Below are positions 34,101 through 43,899 of a stretch of 64,000 nt of DNA, piece after piece. The translations under genes were made by a program, and so were the position numbers. Under the pieces are notes generated by a model. The model was not told where the DNA came from. It was given only the letters and a program-made list of their open reading frames with translations, and did not search any database. The stretch is taken from positions 1,984,001-2,048,000 of the forward strand of contig OZ361261.1 in assembly GCA_977018835.1 (NCBI GenBank). Direction: 5' to 3'. The stretch's first letter is position 1; every line of letters begins with the position of its first letter. The stretch comes from Minutocellus sp. GHC0000111. Its lineage: Eukaryota.

Positions 34101-35360
34101 TCTGCGGCGATCTGCGTAAGCTCGTGAGACGTCGCCTTTGGCTGGACCAAGACTCTGGTAGCAGCGACCTCCTCCCGCCGACGTCGATGGTGTGCGGCTG
34201 TTGCGATGGTGACTCCAGCCCTCACCTTCTGCCAGAAAGCCTTCCTGCTCTCCCAGTTCTCTTTCGCGACGTGGCCGTGGGCGAGGCAGCCGAAGGGGAT
34301 GGACTGGCGTTGACCGTTGAGGTAATCAACTTCGACCACCTCGTTCTGCTCGGGATCAAAGATGGCGAGGATCTTTCCCGAAGCATCAAACTCTTCCCCA
34401 TACATCTCAATGGCGCAATCAGTGCAGGTGATACCACCGACACTAGAATGAGAGCGATTGTAGCAGCCGAGATTGGCGCACTCTTTCTTGCCATCCTCTC
34501 TTGGCGGAGCATCGGCGGGACGGTTGCGCTTCGATGCCGGGGCATCGGGCTTGTTCGCCTTGCGAGCCTTGGAAGCCTTTTGGGAATCGCGTTTGCCCTG
34601 CTTGTTCTTCTCCCACTGGGCCTTGACCTTCTCGACGTCCTCATCGGCCACGTTCTTGGAGACCATGGACCACGTCAGGATCGGATGTAGACCATTTGGG
34701 GAGTACTCGAGGGTCTTAATCTTGCCGCCATCCAAGCGGTCGCGATACTCGGTGAATTTGCCTTTCGAATTCTTGGTATCCTCGACGCCATACTCGTCGA
34801 GAGAGCATTGGGTGCAAAGCAGGCCAGCGGTGTTCTTGTGAGCCCTGTTCGTACAGCCGGTCTCGGCGTTGTCGCTGCACAAGACCTTGCTTCCAGCCAT
34901 TGTTCTTCAGCGATGATGGTACTCGAAGCGGTGGCGGTGGAGCTTGAGACTGTGATAGTGCTCTGGCCTTGACCGTTGCTTTTTCAAATCAGATCTGTTT
35001 CAAATTTTTGAAAAAAAAAATGAACATGTGCTGCATTTTTCGGAATATGTGCTGCAGTTTTCGTTATATCCTTTCAAATAGTATCTCCTTGTTCTCACCC
35101 CCTTTCTTCTTGCTATGTCCCTACAGTTCCTGGCAATGATGAAGAAGATGCCCGATTCGGAGAATGAATTGAAAGAGGCATTCAAGGCCTTCGATGCCGA
35201 TGGTGACGGCACGACGTCGAAGGATGAGCTGAAGAAGATCTTGGCTAAATTCGGCCAAACTCTCACAGATGCCGAGCTCGATGCGGTTATGGCCGAGGTC
35301 GATACCGATGGAGATGGAGAGATTGACTACGAGGAATTCAAACGTGCGATGGAAGCTTAA
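31194..35360 (+). CDS. Calcium-dependent protein kinase (CAMK kinase domain + 4 EF-hands), predicted N-acylated
   Basis: join(31194..31235,31598..31684,31833..32471,32576..33055,35127..35360); MGNC start, LGEGAF, AIK, HRDLKPEN, DFG, APE; four EF loops; in-frame TAG at 31941-31943. Confidence 0.9.
33056..35126 (+). other. Candidate [D1,2] spliceosomal twin intron: internal intron 33057-33167 lies within the donor of the external intron
   Basis: GAG|G[GTGAGA...TTGCAG]TGAGTC...CTCAC...CTACAG|TTC; two-step excision restores DFNE-FLAMM in frame. Confidence 0.7.
33449..34900 (-). CDS. Nested intronless gene of unknown function with two Cys4/His repeats
   Basis: Uninterrupted 483-aa ORF lying entirely inside the CDPK intron; repeats C..GCTNRAH..CTQC..YG and C..GCYNRSH..CTDC..YG. 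Confidence 0.8.
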   Translation of the reverse strand: MAGSKVLCSDNAETGCTNRAHKNTAGLLCTQCSLDEYGVEDTKNSKGKFTEYRDRLDGGKIKTLEYSPNGLHPILTWSMVSKNVADEDVEKVKAQWEKNKQGKRDSQKASKARKANKPDAPASKRNRPADAPPREDGKKECANLGCYNRSHSSVGGITCTDCAIEMYGEEFDASGKILAIFDPEQNEVVEVDYLNGQRQSIPFGCLAHGHVAKENWESRKAFWQKVRAGVTIATAAHHRRRREEVAATRVLVQPKATSHELTQIAAETKAFMERAQPTSLVMASKGGYMGPGLGQRGNEHIAHMLRAHRGPLVLKIDGTPLSVDDFGSGGIISIRMLHTGVGREQLAFDAEELAQYEYRFDKRRLWQRIGAGEHTSRGRGGIFSCALVEYEGALDLVRDRKVALRSDTSPYTKKRLIKDHPWLRKPEFAYCWVQPAFDAHIRKLKYLQGHRLKKKNAAASAAGECGAAGDGGDLDKKPKAKTD

Positions 35361-35740
35361 ACAATTTTTTTGATGCCGGTAAAGGGATGTGTTCATTTGA
35401 GATTTCATAGTGCTACACGCCCGTGGCGAGTCGTTTGGCCTGTATACTATTGCTCAAGAATAGTATTCCTGATAGACTCATTAATGTCAGTGAAAGGATT
35501 ATTTGTTAGGATTAGTTTGCGTATAGGTATCCGGCCGTGCTGGCTGAATCATTGCTGCCTGGCCTGCTGACTTCGATTTTCCCCGCTTTTTTCTCAAAAA
35601 GGGAATGCCCCCGTCTGGTCCATTCCATTTGCTCGTCGCCGCCGACCTGTTGACTGCCTGGGTCTCTGGGTCTTTCTGCATGCCCTCTGCCCGGATGCCT
35701 TGCCTGGATCAATCAAGCAGAGCACTCATTCGTACCCAGT

Positions 35741-37792
35741 ATGCTTTTTTGGCGTTTGCTGGGTCCACTTTGCGCGTATCTGTTTAGCCTCACATCTGTA
35801 AGCGCATTCTTTATGTCATCCGGCCTGACGCATACGCACGACGAAAATTTGAATAACGCCAAGTCGGCAAAACGTCAGAAATTGCAAGCATCTATTGAAG
35901 AAGCAATGTCTGATGCAAAAGCACACACTGACGATGTTGTTTTGCGTGCTGTCGAGTTAGTTTGCAAAAATACCGGCGCTACCGTTGGAGATAGAGATAT
36001 CGAGGAGACCTTCGGGCTGCTGAGAAAGCTTGAGAATTCGGCATTTGAGTATTATTTGTCGACGGATGAGATACCAGTAGCAACCAAAACTGAAGCCAAT
36101 GGCCGCCCAACGACAGAAGAATTAGCACACCAAGCCCATGCAGCGGCAGATGCACTTCGCAGGCTGATGCTACATTACGGCACATCCGGCGGGAAAGGCC
36201 GCAAGGCAATCAAAGATGTAGCAAATGGTCTTGCATCCTACTCGAATGATTCAACCAAAGTCCCAAAAGCACTTGCCTCGGTCTTGGTTGTTTCAGCTCT
36301 TGCAATCGGCGATCAAAATTGTGACGACCATAGGGGTTTAGCGCGGGCGGCTGCGAGCGGTGTGCTGCCAAACAAACCAATCAGTGATGACACATACAGC
36401 ATATTGGCCGTACAAGCAGTCAAACAACTTCTTGGCATTGCATTGGGACATGAAACATATATTGTTGATATTCACATCGTTACATCCATCTGCCGATCAT
36501 TTGTTCAAAATGCAACTGAGCTGCAATTGGAATGCTCCAAAGTCGTTAGTTCAATATTTTGCCTTCCCAAGGATGAAAACATCGACGAAAATACGAAATT
36601 ACCGGAAGTTGGAAAGATCGAGACCGCTGCTGCTCTTGCTCTGTCGGCTCAGATTGGTCCGTGGAAACATATCAAGCCCGCCGTATTGGTTGAGATTGCT
36701 ACAGACATGAACTTGTGGTCGGCTGCAGAACGCATATGTTCATCGGCAATAAAGACGGCTTCAAAAGCAGATTGCGAAGATGCAGTTCTGGTTCTCATCG
36801 AGAGCGCAGGCGCAGCCGCGCAATATCGGCAAATGGATTCCTTTGCTACTGAATTTTATGATCATGGTGGTCGCTTGAAATTTGCCGAGGCCAGACTTCT
36901 GCACGCGTACGACACAATCACGAAAGTTGCTGCACGACGAAAATTTCCCATAATCGAGAAACAAATTGAGAGGGTGGACCGTGCCTTCGAAAGGGTCAAG
37001 ATTGACCTACAGGACGGAGAAAACTACGATGATGCCGGGCCTATCGAGGCTCGCGATTTTGCAATTACGAAACTTGTCGAGCTTGGTGAGATTGAGGCGG
37101 CCCATCGTCTTGCAAAATTGTGGGGGCGAGATTTCGCATACGATGACAAAGAGTTGGAGCGCATGGCAAAGGCCCGAAAAGAAAAGTATCTCCAATGGGA
37201 GGAAACGGATGTAGGAAGAAGTAGTATGATTCAAAATGTATTGTCGGACCCTTCCTTATTTCTTGCAGAGTACGACGAAATGATATCGGACCTTGGCAAT
37301 TGTGTCGGCATGGATTGCGAGTTTTTAGACGAGCAAACGAAAGGGGTGGCGTTGTTGCAACTCTCAACCATATCAAAGGCTCTTCTTGTCGATATACCGG
37401 CCCTTTCGGCGACTGAAGAGGGTTGCAAAGCGCTGCAGTCTACCATTGGGGTTTTATTTGCTGGTGATTCCCCCGTCGTAGGATTTGCCTGCGGTGAAGA
37501 CGTGCGGAGGCTGCGAGCATCGCCATCTGTCCTTGACACGCACTGGCTCGGTAGCTCACGCGCAGTGGTCGATATCAAACCACTCATTGCGCATCATTCA
37601 TCCGAATTGCGGCACACAGGCTTATCGCGAGCGTGCGAAAAATACCTCAAGAAGCCACTGGACAAGTCCGAACAGTGCAGTTTGTGGATGAACAGGCCCT
37701 TATCGCTTAATCAACGAAAGTATGCTGCTCTTGATTCTTTCACTTGCGCTGCTATTTATGATATATTGCCAGATGATATTAAAAATAAATAA
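35741..37792 (+). CDS. DEDDy 3'-5' exonuclease, MUT-7/EXD3-like
   Basis: VGMDCEF, LLQLS, GLSRACEKYLKKPLDKSEQCSLWMNRPLS..YAALDS; long helical N-terminal region. Confidence 0.85.
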   Translation: MLFWRLLGPLCAYLFSLTSVSAFFMSSGLTHTHDENLNNAKSAKRQKLQASIEEAMSDAKAHTDDVVLRAVELVCKNTGATVGDRDIEETFGLLRKLENSAFEYYLSTDEIPVATKTEANGRPTTEELAHQAHAAADALRRLMLHYGTSGGKGRKAIKDVANGLASYSNDSTKVPKALASVLVVSALAIGDQNCDDHRGLARAAASGVLPNKPISDDTYSILAVQAVKQLLGIALGHETYIVDIHIVTSICRSFVQNATELQLECSKVVSSIFCLPKDENIDENTKLPEVGKIETAAALALSAQIGPWKHIKPAVLVEIATDMNLWSAAERICSSAIKTASKADCEDAVLVLIESAGAAAQYRQMDSFATEFYDHGGRLKFAEARLLHAYDTITKVAARRKFPIIEKQIERVDRAFERVKIDLQDGENYDDAGPIEARDFAITKLVELGEIEAAHRLAKLWGRDFAYDDKELERMAKARKEKYLQWEETDVGRSSMIQNVLSDPSLFLAEYDEMISDLGNCVGMDCEFLDEQTKGVALLQLSTISKALLVDIPALSATEEGCKALQSTIGVLFAGDSPVVGFACGEDVRRLRASPSVLDTHWLGSSRAVVDIKPLIAHHSSELRHTGLSRACEKYLKKPLDKSEQCSLWMNRPLSLNQRKYAALDSFTCAAIYDILPDDIKNK

Positions 37793-38064
37793 GAGTTGAT
37801 GGGACAGCTTATATCCTGCATTTCCTCTTCATGCGGTCGATTACTGCATGTTTTCTCGTTCATGTAGAAACTCCTGCCGCAGATGATATCATATCTCGCC
37901 ACAAAGTAATACCCTCGAGCCTTCCGACTCAGCCATCGCTTGTAGTAGCTTCGACCCGCAGATGAGCATGCATTTTATCTCGCCACAGCCTCATGACCTC
38001 AACGCATACGCATTGCAACCCAGCCATGCCCTATCCGCCCAGCTTGATCACTTCCAAAGTGCAT

Positions 38065-38376
38065 TTACTGCGCCTTGTATCCAATGGGAGTATTACCAGG
38101 CTTGTCAGTGTATGGATGAGGCCTCATCCATCCCACCGGCGGTACGAGGAAGGCCAACACCATCGATCCGGCGACGTATTGGCAATACTTGATTCCATTC
38201 TCGCGATCAAAGTAGGCCAGGAATGGCAACACGAAAAGAAACATTGTCGCAAGATTGATCACTATTGACTTGGGGTCCAAGCCTGGATTTAGGGAGGATA
38301 AAGAGAAGACGGGATAGTGAGTGAAAAGCGTGGCGGGCAGGAGGACTGGCTGACCACATAAATATGAGAACATCAC
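38065..38376 (-). CDS. Possible small membrane protein, 5' end unresolved
   Basis: 103-aa ORF with two hydrophobic segments; no family recognised. Confidence 0.3.
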   Translation of the reverse strand: MMFSYLCGQPVLLPATLFTHYPVFSLSSLNPGLDPKSIVINLATMFLFVLPFLAYFDRENGIKYCQYVAGSMVLAFLVPPVGWMRPHPYTDKPGNTPIGYKAQ

Positions 38377-38970
38377 ATGAAATAAACAGCGCCAGCCCGA
38401 ACATTATCTATGCGGCATGACTGATTAAGCGGGGTTGATTGTCCTAGATCGCAATGCCGCCGGCCACACTTCTTCTCCATTCCAACGACAGAGGCTCGAC
38501 TGCGCACGATGACGTGCTCGGTTTTGTGCTCGTTTTCCGAACGTCTCAGCAAACTTTCAGATCTCAAAAAGAGAAAAATACCACGCCAGCACAAATCGAG
38601 ACAACACACCTCTGTCCTTCTTTTGCGCCATGGTTAGGGAATGTATATTGCGTCCAAAATGTTGCAGCAACGGTACTCTGGTCTCCTCTCGGTTCAGACC
38701 GATGACGGATGAAATTTGAGGTCCGAACGTCAAGAATGCCTGCGTACTTTTAGTCAAATCCGCAAAAAGACAGCGCCTTGGAATTCTAGTGCTCACATGA
38801 TAAGTTTAGTGTTTTATCTTTGTCGACCTTGTGACGCAATCGTGACAGCTCTAGCTTGCTGACCGCGCCGCTGCGCTTTGCTTTTGCTGAAGCAGCGGCA
38901 AGATGGTGTGAATGTTCGGCAGCACCTGCTCTCACCACTTATTCATTAATCATTTCCCATTCCGACCAGT

Positions 38971-40326
38971 ATGTCTTCCAAACGACCCAATAATGCGCTT
39001 CCCGAAGCCGAAGGAACTGCTGATAGTCAGCTCAAAAAGTTGAAAACCGGCACAAATAATAATCACAAGCGAAAAGAACCGCCTTCGACATCTGCTGCAG
39101 CTGTTCGAGCCGGAAGTAAAAACGAGCAGTGCATGTTCCAATCTCTCGGAGATGATGAGATAAGTCACATCTTGAGCTTTCTCTTGTGTCTGCCAAAACC
39201 AGTGAAGGCGCCCAAAATGCCATCCCCTGCCTTTGTTTATCACCAAAAAAGCATCTTCGGTGATGACGGAGTGGAACTTAGCACCCTGGGCGTGCCTGTC
39301 CGTGGTATGGCCGACAAACTCGCCGCTTTCCGGCAGTTGCCGGATGAAGAACGACGGAAATTTTACAACATGGCGGGCGCGGACTGGGCGGCATTTAACG
39401 CGCAAAGGGCAAGATTCAAGCACTATCTCAAGAAACGATTCTTTTTTCCCGGGGAACTGGCCGAATCCACCCGAACATTGAAGTTGGTCTGCAAGCGAAT
39501 GCATCGGGTCGTGAGCAAGTTTACAAATCACAGTGCACCTTAAGAAATCATTTCGCCCGAACGTTTAGCTTCGATCAAGGCACGCGTAGGCCGGCTCAAT
39601 TTGGTTTCAGTGTGCAAATCTTTTATCAAGCTGTGCGATGATCTCTATTGTGACCGCAAGTTTCTCCCCTCGGACCTCTACCATCAGCACGGCGACGATG
39701 GCATGGATCATTGTCCGCTGGAGTATCTTACAAGGCATTACGCCAGCAGTGATTTTGAGTCGCTAGCGAAACTGATATCTGTCGAATACCGCAAGTTTCT
39801 AGTCGCAAAAGCGGTAGAACTCGAAGCACAGAGAAAGAAGAAGAGGGGAGCAGGAGAAGAGAGTTCGGCATCCTCCTCATTTTCATCTCTCTCCACTTGG
39901 ACCAAAACCTCGATGCCCGGGCAGCTCGTTCATACATTTTGGCAGGCACATATGCTTTCTCCGCGGAAATATTACGAAGATTGTATATCCGTCGTAGAGG
40001 AAATCATAGATTGCGAAGATTCGTCCTATTCAGACGTTGATCCCAAGATTGTATTTGAGTATTACCAAAAGAGAAAGAAATTGTTTGCATTCGAGCACCA
40101 ACTCACCAAGGAACACTTTCACACTGGACGCCAGCCTGCTCTATACATGATTGAAAATGTGATTGAAACAGCCTCAATGCTGAGGGAAGAAGAAGCCATG
40201 GAGGAGCATGACGACACTGACGACGACAGCAGCGGCGACGACAATGGAGAGGACGAGCATACCGATAACGAAGCCGACGCAAATGGGCATGAAGATGCAC
40301 AAGAGGCGGAGCATAACGATGGCTGA
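38971..40326 (+). CDS. F-box-like/HMG-box/GRDP-like multidomain protein with an in-frame TAA at 39541
   Basis: Two ORFs in the same frame; APKMPSPAF..FRQLPDEERRKF (HMG-like); EYRKFL..P..VHTFWQAHMLSPRKYYEDC (GRDP-like). Confidence 0.6.
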
Positions 40327-40427
40327 TCAAATAAAAGCATTCTCTCTACTATGTAAAATTTACCTAGATATTTTAACCGGAATAAACACGATCAGCTCTA
40401 AGTATCCTTCTCGCTGCGTACAGAATG

Positions 40428-41120
40428 TTATTGAACCAACTGTCCTTCGCTCACCCTCATACTTTCAATAGCCTTCATTGCCGAGGTAGCATCTGCGTTC
40501 CCGATTTCGAAATGTTTGACGATGCATCCCTCCACATACATGACAAAGGGCTGTGATCGTCCCAGTATTCCTCGTTGCTCCCATTGGGCATCAAATGTCT
40601 TCGTACCTAGTGCATCCATCAATTCGGCATGTGGATCAGCCAAGAACGTCAGCAACGATCCTTGCGTTTCCATTTTCTGATTCCATACACCAGTCACGCC
40701 TCCGTCATTTACAGTTGTAATGATCACTTCCTCAACGCCCATGGACGTGAGAGCTTCGGTATTCTGTAGATAGGTTGCCACGATGTCGTTCGATTCCTGC
40801 ATGAAGGCCCCACGAACACCAACGATAAGCACGTTCTTCGTATTGCAATAGATTGGCAGATCAACGAACGTTGGTGGATTGAATCCCCAATGCAGCGTGA
40901 CCATCGGTAGCTTGTCGCCTGGTTGGATCTTGAGGTCGGCTGATAAAGAAGACGAAGGTTCGGTATGGTCGAGAGTGTCAAGATACGATAAGGTCAAAGG
41001 AGAAGAAGACGAAATTTCGGCTACTGCCGGTGAGAGCGGCGGCACAACAAAGGCATCCGATGCAACAAAGCATGCCGACACCAGCAACAGAAGAGCAAAG
41101 GAAAAGCGAATGGGCGTCAT
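40428..41120 (-). CDS. Plastid-targeted peroxiredoxin-5-like protein lacking the peroxidatic Cys
   Basis: Signal + SDA|FVV; GDKLP..LHWGF, GVRGAFMQES, VNDGGV, FLADP. Confidence 0.8.
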   Translation of the reverse strand: MTPIRFSFALLLLVSACFVASDAFVVPPLSPAVAEISSSSPLTLSYLDTLDHTEPSSSLSADLKIQPGDKLPMVTLHWGFNPPTFVDLPIYCNTKNVLIVGVRGAFMQESNDIVATYLQNTEALTSMGVEEVIITTVNDGGVTGVWNQKMETQGSLLTFLADPHAELMDALGTKTFDAQWEQRGILGRSQPFVMYVEGCIVKHFEIGNADATSAMKAIESMRVSEGQLVQ

Positions 41121-41451
41121 CTTGGCGGATAAAGAATGAAAGTGAAAGTGACCTGCCTGACTTGCAACACAGCAAGCCGAACGATTTCGATCGATGACGG
41201 ATGACGAACGTACGTACAGTAGGTACTGATTTTTTGTACTCTTCACACCACTGGATGCTCCCCTCATTCAAGCGAGACCTCGCCTTCAATACCGTTAGAT
41301 CTACCACCTTGGATCAACATTGAATACCAATGGCTGGGTGTGGTGACTTGCATTATCACAGAGTTATTTCTAGATATATGCGTATATGTACCGGTACCGG
41401 TACTACGTTTGTTTAACAGCTAGCGAGAAGCAATCTCTCCTCTGTCTCATG

Positions 41452-43116
41452 TTATAATTTCTGCCGCTCTCCGACATGCTCTATCGCAGCCGCCGTATGA
41501 GCATCCTCCTTATATTCTCCAACATTTTTCAGGACCAGAAGCAACGGATAATGAATGTCGGCATCGTAAATGCCATCGTCTCCCTTGGCCAGCTCCTTCT
41601 GATGCAGATCCCACAGCCGTTGGTTGTATCGATCATATAAATTCAACTCGAATACTGCAGATGCATCAGCAGCACCACATGTATTCACGGCATCCACCAC
41701 CTTCATAAAGTTCTCCAGACTATCGGCACGTCGAGGTTGACACAGCAAGCAAACGCCGCCCACATCCAACAACCGGCCGATTGTAGCGAGGAGCGCTGCA
41801 TGAAATTCTTGGAAATGAACACAGTCGCTCGACAGACACAGCTGGTATCGATCTTGGCCATTCTTGGTCAATGCACGACAATCCTCCACGCCGTCATCGC
41901 CGTCGTTCCAGAGCAGTCGTTGGCAGGAGATGTGACTTCGGTTGGGGGCATCGCCATTGGAACTTGCATTTGTATACAACTCCGTGGTAAGGGCAGCACA
42001 CATGCGATTGCTTCGGACGGCGTCGGGATGTCCATCGGTCAGAGTGAGTTGAATATCAACGTCGACGCCAGAAGAAGAAGAAGTTGTGCAGTCGTTGCTT
42101 TGATACGACATCATTCCAAATGCCGCCAGAGAAAGCCCACACAGACCAGCCATGCCAGCCCCCAACTCTACCACTCTGAGCTTCTTTTTTGTATTCTGTT
42201 GACATGTGATTGCTTTCTCCGATGGTGCCGATACCGCCAGCGACAGAACATTGTCAATGCCGAGGGGGAATGGTGGCGGGCGACAATCATCGTTGGCATC
42301 ATTCTTGCGGCTTTGCGAACCTACAGGATCCAACAGACAGTACGTCAGGGTCGATTCGCTGTCCCAAACGCAGGACTGTCCGGTGTTGTCCACCCCGTGC
42401 AGCCGATGGCTGAGCAGCCCCCTCATCACTTGGTACATCCGCTTCTTCTTGCTGCCGTCATCGTCTGTTTTTGAATTGGCATCTTGGTCCTTTTGAGCTT
42501 GAGCTTGCGTGCGCCGCCGCCGCTCTCTGGTCCGAACTCGGATCGGGGTATTGGAAGGCACTGGTATGGCGTACTCGGCATACTCGTACTCGTGATCGTT
42601 CTCTTGCGCTTGTTCATCTTCAACGTTGTCATCAATTTTGCCTCCGCTCAATAAATCTTTTGCGATGCGTGCGCATTTCTCGGCATCCTCTGAAGGCAGC
42701 AACTTGCGATCGAGGAGCTGAAACCCCTCGAAGCGGTGGATCGATGCGCTGTTGACGACTGTCGATGTATTTGCATTGGCATTTTTACTGTTATCACCAT
42801 CGTCGTTTGTATTGGCATTTGTACCATTATCACAACCATTGCTGTCATCAATCTTGCCAAGTAAGGCCGCGCGGAGGATGGCCCACCGCTGTCTGGCCCG
42901 CTCGCTTTTGTTCTTACTTCGCTGCTCGCTCCTGTTGTTTTTGTTGTCTTCGGCGGTGTTTGCGTCGTTGGCGGCACATGTGTCGTTTGTTCCTGTTGTG
43001 CCGATTTTTGCCGAGGATGCATCGCTACTAGCACCGTCGTCAGCATCCGCCTTGGCAGCAGAAGGCGCGGATGGTACACCGATCGTCATGCTGCTGCTGT
43101 CGCTGCTGCTGCTCAT
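41452..43116 (-). CDS. CAMKMT: Calmodulin-lysine N-methyltransferase-like protein
   Basis: ARQRWAILR, DNTGQSCVWDSE, VVELGAGMAGLCGL, LTDGH, SDCVHFQEFH. Confidence 0.85.
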   Translation of the reverse strand: MSSSSDSSSMTIGVPSAPSAAKADADDGASSDASSAKIGTTGTNDTCAANDANTAEDNKNNRSEQRSKNKSERARQRWAILRAALLGKIDDSNGCDNGTNANTNDDGDNSKNANANTSTVVNSASIHRFEGFQLLDRKLLPSEDAEKCARIAKDLLSGGKIDDNVEDEQAQENDHEYEYAEYAIPVPSNTPIRVRTRERRRRTQAQAQKDQDANSKTDDDGSKKKRMYQVMRGLLSHRLHGVDNTGQSCVWDSESTLTYCLLDPVGSQSRKNDANDDCRPPPFPLGIDNVLSLAVSAPSEKAITCQQNTKKKLRVVELGAGMAGLCGLSLAAFGMMSYQSNDCTTSSSSGVDVDIQLTLTDGHPDAVRSNRMCAALTTELYTNASSNGDAPNRSHISCQRLLWNDGDDGVEDCRALTKNGQDRYQLCLSSDCVHFQEFHAALLATIGRLLDVGGVCLLCQPRRADSLENFMKVVDAVNTCGAADASAVFELNLYDRYNQRLWDLHQKELAKGDDGIYDADIHYPLLLVLKNVGEYKEDAHTAAAIEHVGERQKL

Positions 43117-43899
43117 TGTGCACTTGTTTGGCAAAATAAGCAGCAACACACGGCAATTCGGCTCCAGCTCCTCCCTCGCCTTTGCTTGTGTCGGTTGTTC
43201 ACCATTGCATCGTCCTTGCTTTGCGGACGGCGCCTCGCCAGCAAAAGCACAACTTTGCCGGATCCTGTGAGTTCAAACGAAATCGCAAATGTGCGAGCCG
43301 GCCGGGCTTTCGTGTCGGTGGCGATGCCGGCTCGGAACATTGATAGGTTGGTGAAGTGAGAAAAAAGAGAAACACCAGATTCAAAAATCATTACAGTTAT
43401 GTAACTGTATTCAAACCAACTCGGACATTCTTTACAAGTTCAACCACACTCTCAATCTGAAAGTTCGTTTGGTTTTGGCCGCTTTGCCCGCCAACTTTTT
43501 GAAAGTGAGTGATTTTTGGCTTTGATTTTTGGCTTTCCCTCCACCCGCGCTTGCTTGTTTGGAGCGAGATGCCTACGCCTACGTTGACCTGCATTTGACC
43601 GATATTGATCAATAAATAAATGCACCGCAGCTCAGGAGTGAAGCAAAGCAAGCAGTTCGTCTTCGCTTCGCTCTACCCGCGTCTACGCCCAAGCCACAAA
43701 TTGAAAAAATCAGGTCAAGTCCATCGCATCACATCACACCCTCCGGCAGGCAGGCAGGAGCCAGACAAAAAATAAGTACCCAAAGGTGCCGGCTGCGCTG
43801 ATAATTGCCCTGCCTTCCTTCCTTCAACTTCCCTACTAGTACACCTGACCGACCGAATCTGCAATTGTCATACAATCCATCACGACCATACAAACAAAG

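Noticed and set aside
33165..35127. CAGT at both ends read as an Introner target-site duplication
   Set aside because: CAG is expected at both acceptors anyway, so only one extra base matches; no TIR is visible.
13042..39543. Stop-codon reassignment or selenocysteine readthrough
   Set aside because: TGA, TAG and TAA are all involved and all end other genes normally; the UXS TGA replaces a conserved Gly, not Cys.
31194..43116. Calcium-signalling cluster (CDPK near the calmodulin methyltransferase)
   Set aside because: Unrelated genes lie between them; proximity alone is not evidence of a functional cluster.
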